From assembly GCF_009914755.1 (NCBI RefSeq), contig NC_060926.1: DNA of 64,000 nt. The stretch is one strand, 5' to 3'. The notes below the pieces were generated by a model. The model was not told the DNA's origin, made no database searches, and was given only the letters and a program-made list of their open reading frames with translations. The number at the start of each line of letters is the position of its first letter. Position 1 is the stretch's first letter. Below are positions 14,151 to 26,499 of the stretch, one piece after another. Made by a program: the position numbers and the translations under genes. Origin of the DNA: the human T2T-CHM13v2.0 reference genome, Homo sapiens.

Positions 14151-15383
14151 GTCCCTTGTCTCTAATTGTAACTTTGTACTCACTGACCAACTTTTCCCTG
14201 CCCCTGCCTCCCTCATCCCCTCCCAAACTTCTAGTGGTCACTATTCTACTGTCTACTTCTATGAGATCAACTTCTTTAGATTCCAAATCTGAGTGAGATC
14301 ATGTGATATGTGTCTTTCTGTGCATGGCTTATTTCACTTAATATAATGCCCTCTAGGTTCATCCTTGTTGCCATGAATGACAGGATTTCTTTCTTTTCTA
14401 AGGCTGAAGAATATTTCATTGTGTATATGTATCACATTTTCTTCATCCATTTATCCATTGATGGACACTTAGGTTGGTTCCATATCTTGGCTATTGCGAG
14501 TAGAGCTGCAATGAACTTGGGAGCACAGATAACTCTTTGACACACTGACTTCCTTTCCTTTGGATATATACCCAGTAGTGGGATTGCTGGATCATATGGT
14601 AGTTCTATTTTTAATTTTTTGAGAAACCTCCATACCGTTTTCCATAATGGCTCTACTAATTAACGTTCCCACCAACAGCGTAGGAGGGTTCCCCTTTCTC
14701 CACATTTGTATCATTTGCTGTCTTGTTTTTTGATAGCAGCAATTTTAACAAGTGAGAGATAATACCTCACTGTGATTTTGATATGAATTTCCCCAATGAT
14801 TAGTGATGTCCAGCAATTTTTCCTGTAACTTTTGGCCATCTATATGTCTTCCTTTGAGAAATATCTATTCAAATCTTTTATCCTATTTCTAATTGGAATC
14901 TATTCATTTTTTTTACTTGATTTTCTCTTTAGAAAAACTTAAAACCCACAGAAAAATTGCAAGAATGGTGTACCATTACAATCAATACCCAAATTTCTTT
15001 CACCTAGTTGGATTGACTAGGATCATTTTGCCACATGTGCTGTCTCCATGTGCTTCTATATATGTCACCCCTCATCACCTAACACTGTGCTGAATAAATG
15101 AATGGCTGGAGTGGCAGAAAGGCCAGTCCTTAAAGGGCAAGGGGGGTCATAGAGTGGGCACTATCTGAGGTCCAGTGGGTAGCTGGAGGAGAACCAGAAG
15201 CAGACAGACATCACAGGCAGAGAGCAGTGTAAGCAAAGGCTCAGAGGGTGGCCAGTGCAGAACTTCAAGGAGGATATAGATCTGGCCAACAGGATGTGAG
15301 AGGGAAGGTGGAGATGAGCCCGGAACTGGGGAGATTCCCAAAAGTCTCAGCTACAACCCAAAAGTGACAAAGTGTAAGGGGAG

Positions 15384-15803
15384 TGATATCATTTAGATCT
15401 GTGTCTCCACCAAATCTCATGTTGAGTTATAATCCCCAGTTGGAGGTGGGACCTTGTGGGAGGTGAATGGATCATGAGGGTAGAGTTCTGATAAAGGGGT
15501 TGGCACCATCCTCTTGGTGCTGTTCTTATAATAGTGAGTTCTTGTGAGAGCTGGTTGTTTAAAAGTGTGTGGCACCTCTCTGCCCCCCTCTCTTCCTCTC
15601 GCTCTGGCCATGTGAACTGCTGGCTTCCCCTTCCCCTTCTGCCATGATTGTATGTTTCCTGAGGCCTCCCCAGAATCCCAGCAGATGCTACCATGTTTCC
15701 TGTATAGCTTATGGAACTGTGAACCAATTAAACCTCTTTTCTTTGTAAATTACCCAGTTTCAGGTATTTCCTTATAGCAGTGCAAGAACAGACTAATAAT
15801 ACA
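15384..15803 (+). mobile_element. MSTA-like MaLR solo LTR
   Basis: TG...CA termini, TSD gggag at 15379-15383 and 15804-15808, ccaattaaacctcttttc motif. Confidence 0.92.
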
Positions 15804-15842
15804 GGGAGCCACTGAAAGGAGTAACGTGAGCAGTTTTGTGCA

Positions 15843-16189
15843 TTTTATTTTATTTTATTTTATTTTATTTTATTTTATTATTTTATTTTATTTTATTTTT
15901 TTTATTTTATTTTGAGACAGAGTCTCGCTCTATTGCCCAGGCTGGAGTGCAGAGGCGTGATCTTGGCTTATTGCAACCTCCGCCTCTGGGGGTTCAAGCA
16001 ATTCTCATGCTTCAGCCTTCCGAGCAGCTGGGATCACAGGCAAATGTAACCATGTCCAGCTAATTTTTGTGTAGAGATGGGGTCTCAGCATGTTGGCCAG
16101 GCTGGTCTTGAACTCCTGGCCTCAAGTGATCTGCCCACCTCGGCCTCCCAACGTGCTAGGATTACAGATGTGAGCCACCATGCCCAGCC
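15843..16189 (-). mobile_element. Alu (old S/J) with (TTTTA)n tail
   Basis: Dimer with expanded pentamer tail. Confidence 0.95.
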
Positions 16190-16640
16190 AGTTGTGCGCA
16201 TTTTAAAGATCTCTCTGCTACCATGATGAAGAGGGACTTTCAAGGTGCAGTTGGAGGGATGGAAGAGAAGACAAGTTATGGTCCAGGACAAAGACAAGGA
16301 GGCCTGAACAGGTGAGAGGGGCCAGAAGGATGTAGAATGAGTAGCTCTTGGAGTGACTGCCTGGGTGTGGTGAGGTGGGGAGGATTCAGGACAACTCCCA
16401 GGGTCTGGTCAGGAACACGTGACTAGAGGCCAGTGCTGTTTCTCCAGATGGGCAATACAGAGGAGAAGCCAGTGGTGAGGGAGTGGGGAGTGAAGGAGGC
16501 ACTGACTTCAGTTTTTGATGCATGGAAGCTGAGTGGCCTATAAGACATTTAAATGGAATACCCAGCAGGCAGTTGAATCTGAATCTGGATCTCGGGGCCA
16601 AGACTGGTCTGGGGATGGAAATGTTGGAATCATAAGAGAC
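16190..16640 (-). mobile_element. L2 fragment
   Basis: ttttaaagatctctctgcta, gacaactcccagggtctgg and cagcaggcagttgaat L2 motifs. Confidence 0.7.
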
Positions 16641-16751
16641 TTATGGATAGGATGACCGCCATCCTGGATGGCAGGTGCAGCCCCTGTTCATGCCTATGTT
16701 CCAGCATATTTATTAATTGTTCCCTCTTTCACTTTTCCAGTTTGAGCAATA

Positions 16752-16869
16752 TTTTGTTTTGTTTTGTAGAGATGGGGTCTCACTATGGTGCCCAGGCTAG
16801 TCTTGAACTCACGGCCACCTTAGCCTCCCAAAGTGGTAGGATTACAGGCATGAGGCACCGTGCCTTGCC
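16752..16869 (-). mobile_element. Alu left monomer (FLAM/AluJ) with internal deletion
   Basis: gtagagatggggtctcactat...cccaaagtggtaggattacaggcatgag. Confidence 0.9.
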
Positions 16870-17610
16870 AAGTTTGAACAATAATTAATACAGTCACCCT
16901 AAAAAGGGTAGATCAGTCACTCCCTGTATTCACCTAACACTTGCCACCCCTGGCCTGGCATGGTTCTGTGGGTGTTTCATGCTGTATGTGGTTAATCACT
17001 AGAGGTCTGTGGCCTCTGTTCTTGCGTATCTCCCACCGTTCTTCCCTTGCTATCTTTCAGGTAGATGGTGCCTAAGAAATATTTACCTGTCCCGTGGTTG
17101 AGAGATTCATAGGCCCCAACCTCCTGAGGGGAGAGAAGGTGGGAGAAGCTCTATAAGTTATCTTACTGGAGGCTGGTGGATTAAGGGGCACCCTTGGACC
17201 AAGTCCCTACTACATATGGGATTTAGGAAATGTAGAGAGAAACAGGGAATCTAAAACATTCCCTGTTTTCATAACTGGCCCGTGCTGCTCCGCTTCCTTC
17301 ACCCCTTGCGTGGGCTGTGACAGCTGGAGTGAGTTTGCAGGCCTCTCCCTTTCAGTGCCTCCTCAGAGGCAGTGTGGCTGCCTGGCTCTGAGTGAGACCT
17401 TTTGGAACCCACCCTGCTGACAAGAGCCACACCCTGACCGTCCTTGGACAAGCCCTGTCCACCTCCACCTTCTGCTGTTCCCCTCCATGTGGCCTTTGCT
17501 CCAGCCACATTCTGAACATATCCTGACCATGTTTGCCTTTGGGACCAGTAAAGCCCTTTTTCCGTACCCTCATTGCCCCTACTCCTATGTCTATTAAAAT
17601 CTACCCACTT

Positions 17611-17925
17611 GGCTGGGCATGGTGGTGAGCCACCAGCGCATGGAGCACCTGTAATCCCAGCACTTTGGGAGGCTGAGGTGGGTGGATCACAAGGTCAGAA
17701 GATCGAGAACATCTTGGCCAACATGGTGAAACCCCATCTCTGCTAAAAATACAAAAATTAGCCAGGTGTGGTGGTGCATACCTGTAATCCCAGCTACTTG
17801 GGAGGCTGAGGCATGGAGAATCGCTTGAACTCGGGAGGCGGAGGTTGTAGTGAGCTGAGATTGCACCACTGCACTCCAGCCTGGGCAACAAGAGCAAGAC
17901 TCCATCTTAAAAAAAAAAAAAAAAA
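17611..17925 (+). mobile_element. AluS with short inverted insertion near the 5' end
   Basis: Dimer, poly-A, TSD aaaatctacccact. Confidence 0.96.
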
Positions 17926-18261
17926 TCTACCCACTCTTCAGAGCTGACTCAAACATGACCTGGTGCCTAGGAGACTGTCCTGGATTCTCCCTGCTGGAGG
18001 CAAGGCTCCCTTCATCCAGAACGCCACTGTGGTCCCCACTGCCTCCTTCATGGTTTCATCTGAGTTCTTGCCTTACTTACTGTTTGGAACTCAGGGTGGA
18101 GACGCTTTCTTTTACATTTTTGCATTTCTCCATAATGCCAAACATGGGGGTAATTATGGTGTGTACAGACAACATGTGGAATGAACTGCCACAGATTTTG
18201 TCTCCAGGTAAGAGGGCAGCATTAAGGGTTATGGAGCAGGAGGTAGCAGGGTGAAGGAATT

Positions 18262-18750
18262 TGCATTCATTCGTTCATTCATTCAGCAAATATTTATTGA
18301 CAGCTTCTGTGTACTAGACACTATGTTCCATGGTACATTTAGAGAAATAAATCTTCAAGGACCTCATTATCTAAAGGAGAACAAAAAGGAGACATGTAAA
18401 CAAAGAGTCACCAAACAATGCAATAAGCACCATAAAACAGCAAGGCCAAGTGCACAGATGGAGGAACCCATTCTGTCTCATGGAGTCTGGTAGCGTTTCA
18501 CCAGAAAAGTAACATTTAAGCTGGGTCTTGAGGCATGCCTAGGAGGTCGCCAGGTATCAAGGAAAGGGTACTTTTTACTGTAGAGGGAACAATAAAAGCA
18601 AAAGCACTGAGCCCCAGAGAGGCTTGTGTAGTGGACTGGAAGGCATTCACTGGGGAAGAGGAGAAGACAATAAGCATGAGGGTAGGGGAGGCAAGGGAAT
18701 GCCAGGAGATGAAGCAAGGGAGGGAGAAAGGAGCCTGACATTGCAGGCAG
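18262..18750 (-). mobile_element. L2 3' end
   Basis: cattcattcgttcattcattcagcaaatatttattga terminal motif. Confidence 0.8.
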
Positions 18751-18752
18751 AG

Positions 18753-18952
18753 GGCAAGTTTTAAGGTGAGTGAAGTCCTGGTGACCACAGCAGCATTACA
18801 GGAATTACAGGCAAGTTTTCAGGTGAGTGAAGTCCTGGTGACCACAGTGGATTACAGGCATGAGCCACTGTGCCTTGCCAAGTTTGAACAATAATTAATA
18901 CAGTCACCCTAAAAACGGTAGATCAGTCACTCCCTGTATTCACCTAACACTT
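18753..18952 (+). repeat. complex local duplication: 38-bp direct repeat plus 104-bp copy of 16839-16942
   Basis: 18753-18790 vs 18810-18847 has 1 mismatch; 18849-18952 vs 16839-16942 has 3 mismatches. Confidence 0.97.
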
Positions 18953-19890
18953 ACACAGAGTGGAAGAGAGATACGGTCCTGAGCACACAGCTGCTCCCCA
19001 CCCGCATTTACCTGGGGCTTCCCTGAATTGTCAGTCATGACTGCCTTGCTTTGGATTGCAGCTCCCTGCAGGGAGCTGCCCACCTTACACCACTGAGTTG
19101 CTGGCAGCTGCCACAGAGGCCAGCCACCTCCTCACCGACTCTCCTGGACAAGCACTTCTGAGGACAGAGTCCTTGTCAGGGCTGGTTTCTTGGCTGAACC
19201 CTCCTTTGCCACCAACAGAGAGATGCCTGCACCCCTCAAGGGCAGGCAGATGGCTAGGCCTGCCCTCTCAGCTGGGCAGCACACTGGACTGGCCGTGCCC
19301 TTTCAAGTGTGCAGGAGTTGGCAGGAGCCTGCAAGCCAGTATCCACCCTCCCAGGTATCCACGCTTGGCAGCCTCACTTGTCTCCAGCCTGTGTTCTTGC
19401 AGATGAAACTAGCAGAAGGAAGGAGCTTGCTGCCAGTTGGCTCCCTAATTTTTTTTAAATCACAACTTTGATGTTTCCTAGTCTGCTGGGTGACACCAGT
19501 TGTCCTTGTTTATTACTGCTTAGTGCTCCCAAATGGTGTTGGTCAGCATGGAGTGCAGGGATTGTCTCCTTCTTCAGACCCTAGCACTTACCAGTCCCTG
19601 GTCCTTGCTGGCCTGCCTGGAGGCCTGTCTCGTTGTGAATGTTTACACAAATGGAAAATGTCAGTGTTTAATCTGTAAAGGGAGCCCAGATTGCAAAGCT
19701 CCAAAAAGAAACATCTAAAGGTGAGCATCCTTCCTCTAGGTGTGGGACATTACAATGTCACATCAACTCACATCTCCACGTTCACTTAGCACCTCTGTGG
19801 GCAAGAGGATGGGGAAGGCTCCCTGAACTTCCAGAGCTTCCTAAAGAAAAAGACAAAGTTACAACTTGTAAAATCCCAGAGTCAGTGTCA

Positions 19891-20270
<380 letters not shown>

Positions 20271-20621
20271 TTAGGCTGGGAACTGGGGATGGATAGCGAT
20301 GGGGAATGGATGGAGATGCTTCCAGGAGGAAAAGGACATGAGAGGTGGTGAGGAAATTTCATGCTAGAGTAATGATAGAACCAGAAGGCTGAGGGGAGAG
20401 CTCAGGAACATAGATGATGGGCAAGCCTGAGGGGGTGAGGAGACTTGAATACCTGTCCAGTGAGTTAAGCCCTTCTGTGCTCAGGAGAAGGGAGGCAGGC
20501 ACACCCAGTCCTGGCTTTGCCACTAATCAGCCTGAGCCTTGGGCAAGATACTTCTCCCTCTGGGTCAGATGAGGGGGGTGGATCACAGCAAAGGTTCCCA
20601 ACCAGGAGGACAGGGGTGCTT

Positions 20622-20670
20622 TACACATGCGCGCGCGCGCGCGCGCACACACACACACACACGCATGCAT
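20622..20670. repeat. (GC)9(AC)n alternating purine-pyrimidine microsatellite
   Basis: 49 bp of uninterrupted alternation. Confidence 0.97.
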
Positions 20671-22837
20671 CTAGAGCTAGTTCTGGGGTATCTCTGGGGA
20701 TGTTCCCTGGACATGTCTGGGTGTTTAAAGATGCTTGGTGCTTCTGGTGTGGATCACTGGCTGAAGTCATTTCTAAGATCCTGTTAGCTCTAAAATGACC
20801 ATGTTTCTGAGGCACGAGTAGTTGGTGACATGGCCGGTGTGAAGAAATCACTGGCCAGCCCAGCACTGTCCTTTAAAACCAGAGGCTGTGGATTCACCTC
20901 ATGTGTAGACAGTGCGACGGAATCACCGGGGTGATGCGGATAATTTCAGAACAAAGCTGGTGCTGGGGGCTGGGGGTGGAGAGAGCCTTTGGGCCTGAAT
21001 GATCCAGATAATTGCAGTGCTGGTGATGCCCTCTCAGCATGCCCCAGGGTGGGTGGTGGGAGCCCATTAGTCATGGGGTGGGCTGAGGCGAGGTGGCTGA
21101 GGAACAGGGAATAAATAAAAGGAGTGAGCAGCCATGTCTCAAGCAGGCCTGCAAGGGCGGGGGTGGCTGCCAGTGTCCCAGGCAGGGTGGCTGAGACATG
21201 AGTCACACCCGGAGACGCTGACCTGGCAGCACCCAGCCTCTCTAGGAGAGGGAAGGAGGAGGCGGGCGCTGGGAGTTCTGAATGTCAGGATTGCCTCTTG
21301 CTGTATCCTTGGGCTTGAGATCTTTGTCATCCCTTATCACCACCCTTTGCAAAGCTACATGGTGGGGACACCTCTGTTCATAGCTCTTCTGCCACTCTTT
21401 ATCCTTAGGCTATCAAAAGCTCTACTTCTACCTTAAGGGCCATAGCCACTCCGTTATCATTCTGGACCATAGTAACCAGAGCATTCTGACCTTTAGAGCT
21501 GCCCTATGTGACCATTCTCTGTTTTAGACAGCCGGCCTGGTGTGTGAATGGGAGGGAGGAATGAGCTTTGTTACTACCTTCTCAGCAACCTGCTTCTCCC
21601 CAAGGCCTCAGTTTGTTCTTGCTCCCCTTCAAGTGTAACCCATGGCCCATACAGGAGATCGTCTTCCCAGAGACGAAGGCTTTCCTAATGTTCAGAGAAG
21701 ATCCAGACCCCCAACCCCTGGACAACATAGACAGCTCTTCAGGACTCCTGAAAAGCCAGCTATTGACAAATCTGCCTAACACTCTCGCAAACTCCATTTT
21801 CTACAGGGTGAGATGCAGACATCTTTCCATGACACCTGTGGATGCTCTACAATCTGGCCCAGGCTGACCATATCCTGCCTGGAGGGCCGGGTAAGTGGGG
21901 CACTCAGGCTTAGAACAGCCACATGCCTTCCCCTCCCTGTGGGACCCACTTCCAAGGGAGCCAGCCTGAGGCTTGCATCACTGTTTGGTCTCCTCCTACC
22001 CTTCCAGATCTTCCTGGTGCTGGAGTTAGTGCCCCCTTTTTTCTCAGCTGAGTCATGACCCTCACCCAGCCCAGCCCAGCCCCCTACCCTAGATCTGCTC
22101 CTACACCTGATTGATGCCCTGGCCTCAGGCAGGGCTGGAGCTTGGGGCTGGTGCCTCGGGCCTTCAGCCTTGCCCAGGGCAGCCTGGTCAGAAGCTGAGA
22201 TTGGATGTCATTTGTCAACCTTGGCAGAGAAGTACTGAATGCGTCAAAATAATTGAAGGTTATTTGGTGCCTGTGGGAGGGATTTTTATTCCCAAGGATT
22301 CTGCTGGACCATTTGGGGCAGCCCTGTTTGGCTAGCTGAGGGTTCCTATGTTTTCCAACAATTGGATGTTTACAGTATCTGTGCTCTTGCTTTTTAAAAA
22401 TGTCCTCATTTAGAATAGCTTCCTTTTTTTATATGTTTTCCTTTTTATCTTTTAAGTGGGAAATGGGAGGTGAGTATGAGGGGACAATTGTGAAGCTTGC
22501 CTGTGCTCCAAGTTAGGGACATGAGACCCCTTCACCCCTGGTTTTCCCCTGTAATCCTTCCAGAGCTATAGAGCTGAGCTTGTATTCAAGCCACAGACAG
22601 GGCCCTTGACCTTGAACCAGACAAGGCTGACAGCCCCGGAGCAGGAGCGCTGCTGTGAAATAACTCGGAGATATCCTCCCAGAGCAGTGAAGAGGCTGGA
22701 AGGAGTCAGGAAGCCTCAAATCCCCAGCCTCTGACTTACAAAGCACCCAGACCTCCCTCAGGACTAGACAGAGCAGCCATTTCACCCAGAGCTGCCTCCA
22801 TTCCAGCACTGGGATGTGGTTGGTAATGTGAGATTCT

Positions 22838-23040
22838 CACTATCCAATGCCGCAATCAGAGCCATATGCGGCTATTTAAACCTCAATTTAAATGAATTAA
22901 AATTAAATAAAGTTTAAAAACCAGTTCCTCATCCACACTAGCCACATTTTAAGTGCTCATGAGCCACATGTGACTGGTGGCTGCCTCACTGGACAGCACA
23001 GGTTCAGAACACCTCCGTCATCACAGGGCTCTCTTGGCAG
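22838..23040. mobile_element. MER3/MER33-like hAT-Charlie element
   Basis: cagttcctcatccacactagccacattttaagtgctcatgagccacatgtgactggtggct. Confidence 0.85.
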
Positions 23041-23575
23041 GATTTATGGGTCCCCTTTACGCTGAGCTGTCTACCCCTGTTGCCTAAATGCCTTTCCTAC
23101 CTAACAGTAGCTGTTCAGTGGGTGCATTGGCCCTACAGACTCTCCCAAGCTTCTTTCTCCACCAGTAGAAGTAGCTATGTGGCCTTGTGAGGTCTCCCTT
23201 CTAGAAAGAACAGGTAGCATGCCTCTGACAACCACGTTGACCAGGTGACCTGCAAGCATCCCCAGGATCAACTAGCAACCTAAGATTTGCTGCCCAAACT
23301 AATGCTTCTCCCTGTCCAGTGGACACTTCTCAACTAGGCTGCCCTTCTGTGTCACTGCTGCTACTTAGTCACTCGTTGACTTTGGAAGAAGAGGCCCTTC
23401 AGAGGCTCCAATGACCAAGAACATTCCCTTCCCTACTCCTCAGTGTCACGCCCCGCCTCCTCCCAAGCATCACCATCACCAAAAATAAAACTGCCTTGGT
23501 ATCCTTGCTGTAGTCCATGAAGCTTCTGTATTAGAATTACTTGGAAGGAAGAGGCTTGTTTAAAATGCAGATTTT

Positions 23576-23918
<343 letters not shown>

Positions 23919-24288
23919 CTACTGAATTTGAGACCCACTGCAAATGAGGAAGCCACACAGGAAGCACCTTGGGAGTCCTTGGAAACTAGAAATCAACCCC
24001 CTTTGCATTCTAAGGTCTCTGGTTTATTGCAGACCAGCTCTCCCCAGGGCTGAGAGCCAGATACTGGGAGCTTGTGGTAGTGGTGATGTGACAGAAATGT
24101 TCCCCATGGCCTCCTGTTGTCCTCCTGCCCACCCCCCACCTGCACACACACAGGTGCATACACATATCCACATGCACACACTACTCTCTCAGGAGGTCTG
24201 CTGGGAAACCAATAGACTTTCAGAAAAGCCTGTTCCAACCCTGGCTTCGTGGGGCATGGTGAGCTCCTGGCCTTCTCTCACAGGCTCT

Positions 24289-24816
24289 TACTGGGGAGGA
24301 AAGATTTCTCTCCCTCACCCATCACTAGGTTTATGGCTGAGGCACCCATAGTAAAAGACAGATTAACAAGAAAAAAGCATACACATTTATTTAATATCTA
24401 GGTTTGACATGACATGGGAGCCTTCAGAAATGAAGACCCAAAGAAACAGGAAAACCTGTGTGTTTTTATGCTTAGGTTTGATAAAGAGTGGACAGTCGTG
24501 CAGATGTGGACAAAGGGGGTAATACACTAATTTATTACTATTCCAATGATAATAAACTGGCGGGAACTTAGCAGGGCCTGTTCAGAATATTCTCTGTGTC
24601 CCTGTGTCCTCAGAGATAAGAACATTCTTTTCTTGTGGGTATAGGGTGGGCACCTCATGTAAGGGTCTTATCACCTACTTCAGAGCAAGATCAAGGAATT
24701 CTTTTATGGCCTGCTTTAGGAGAAGCACGGAAGAGGGTCAGAGAGGCTTTTTGTTTCTGCTGCTTCCTCCAATGCCAAAGTGCCATATTTGGGATAGTCT
24801 GTTCTGAACCCCATCA
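24289..24816 (-). mobile_element. MER39-like ERV1 solo LTR
   Basis: Reverse complement starts tgatggggttcagaacagactatcccaaatatggcac; homologous to 55381-55844. Confidence 0.85.
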
Positions 24817-25119
24817 TCCTGCTGCATGAACCCCCCATGACCTGAGTCTCCTGCCTCAGAGAGACCTTTCTTTACTCTAAATCGGTGTTTTGAAATCTTT
24901 TTTAACCCTTGCCCCACTTTGGTGAACACAAAAGTCTGTCTCTGGGATTTTAATATGCCACTTTCTTCTCTCTTCATATCCTCCCCAAATATCCTGCAGT
25001 TTGTGTTACAGAAATAAGGTTTTCTCCTTATTTTCCAAATATAAAATTATATGCACACAATACTTGAAAGAGTATAAAGGTAGAGTATATTGCTAGAAAG
25101 AAAGTCATACTGCTAGACT

Positions 25120-25250
25120 CTAGCATGAGCCTGCATCAGAATCACCTCCAGGGCTTCTTAAAATACAGATTGCTGGGCCCTACCTCTGGAGTTTCTCATT
25201 CAGGGGGTCTGGGATGCCTGGGGGAACCACACTTTGAGAATCACTGCTCT
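25120..25250. mobile_element. MER5A fragment
   Basis: gcatcagaatcacct...aaaatacagattgctgggccc...accacactttgagaatcactg. Confidence 0.8.
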
Positions 25251-25582
25251 AGAATGATGATACACACTCCCTAGGGCCAGAAGAAAGGCCAAGCCTTTAA
25301 TACAACAGACACCAGATCATCTCATGGGGCTCCCGTCTCTCTCTGTGCTCCCTCCCTCTTCAGCGTGGGAGCATCTACCTGGGTCTCAGTAACACTGAGG
25401 GCCTCTCCTGGGTGAATCTCTGCATTGTTATGTAGACCAAGTCTCTATCTTGGCAAATACTTCACCCACTTCAGGGAGAAAGGAAAGAAAGAGGTGAGAA
25501 ATGAAGAACCCTTTCTTGCCAGAGTGATATTGAGCACGTTTTCAAACTCCACATCCGGAAGGCTTAGGATATGTACATGGGG

Positions 25583-25586
25583 TGTG

Positions 25587-25621
<35 letters not shown>
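25583..25621. repeat. (TG)n microsatellite
   Basis: Direct reading, one CG interruption. Confidence 0.97.
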
Positions 25622-25626
<5 letters not shown>

Positions 25627-26499
25627 AATGTGCACATGAGACACACATATATGTTTTTTGTTCCTGCGATTTCTGGGCACCATGTGCAGTAACCAAAGCA
25701 GAATATTCATCCTGTGAATCTGAACAGCATTAATGAAGAATGTAGGTCTCCTATTCCAGCCGGGACTCAGAGCGGAACAATGGCATAGCGTGCATATTTA
25801 TTTAGGCCTTGGCATCTCAGCAATGAAAAAGTTCATGGAATAAATGAGCAAAAGATGGAGAACTTTTCTGCTCTGTGTTTATAGGTTTCAGCTGTTCCCA
25901 AACCATCCATCTTGAGCTCTCACCGTAAAGCAGGCAAACAGCCCTTTGACGCGCACATCTTGAAAGTTTTACACTATTTATTTTTTCCTCTGGGAAACAA
26001 TCTAGGTCTCTGCCACTGAGGCTGTCAGGCAGTAACAGAGTGCCTGAGCTCATTCAATTGTTTATGAGGCTTTCTCTGAAATCCTTCGCCCTTTCCTACG
26101 GATGGGAAAAGCAATGAAAAATCTCTTAGCAACAACCGAGCAGGGCTCATCTGTCCTCCCTGTCCTGATGCTGCCTCCTGTTTAGTATTTATCACTAAAC
26201 AGGGATAGTGATAAATGGCTCAGCTGGCCCCTTTCTACCTGGGGCTGGAGCATTACACTCAGTTCAAGAAAGGAACTTTAAGAGGAGAATGACCCATATG
26301 GTGAAGAGCTTTAAATTATGCCTTACAAGGAAAGACAGAGGGAACTTGGAAGGTGTAATCTAGAGGTGGACACTACCCCTTGTCATCAAATATCCAAAGA
26401 GCTGTTAGGTAGAAGCACCTTGAACTTGCTTCCTGTGGCTCTTAAGGGAAGTCCTATGATGTTCAGGGTTTGCCAGGGTTCCCTCCTCTACCAGGCATT

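Larger units (their letters stand above)
11290..14900 (-). mobile_element. L1MA (older, L1MA8/9-like) 3' end, interrupted at about 11545-14155
   Basis: ttttattgacatataataattgtacatatttatggggtac 3' UTR; resumes at tctaattgtaactttgtac about 14160. Confidence 0.85.

Noticed and set aside
13819-14292. 157-aa + strand ORF
   Set aside because: Antisense reading of degenerate L1 ORF2.
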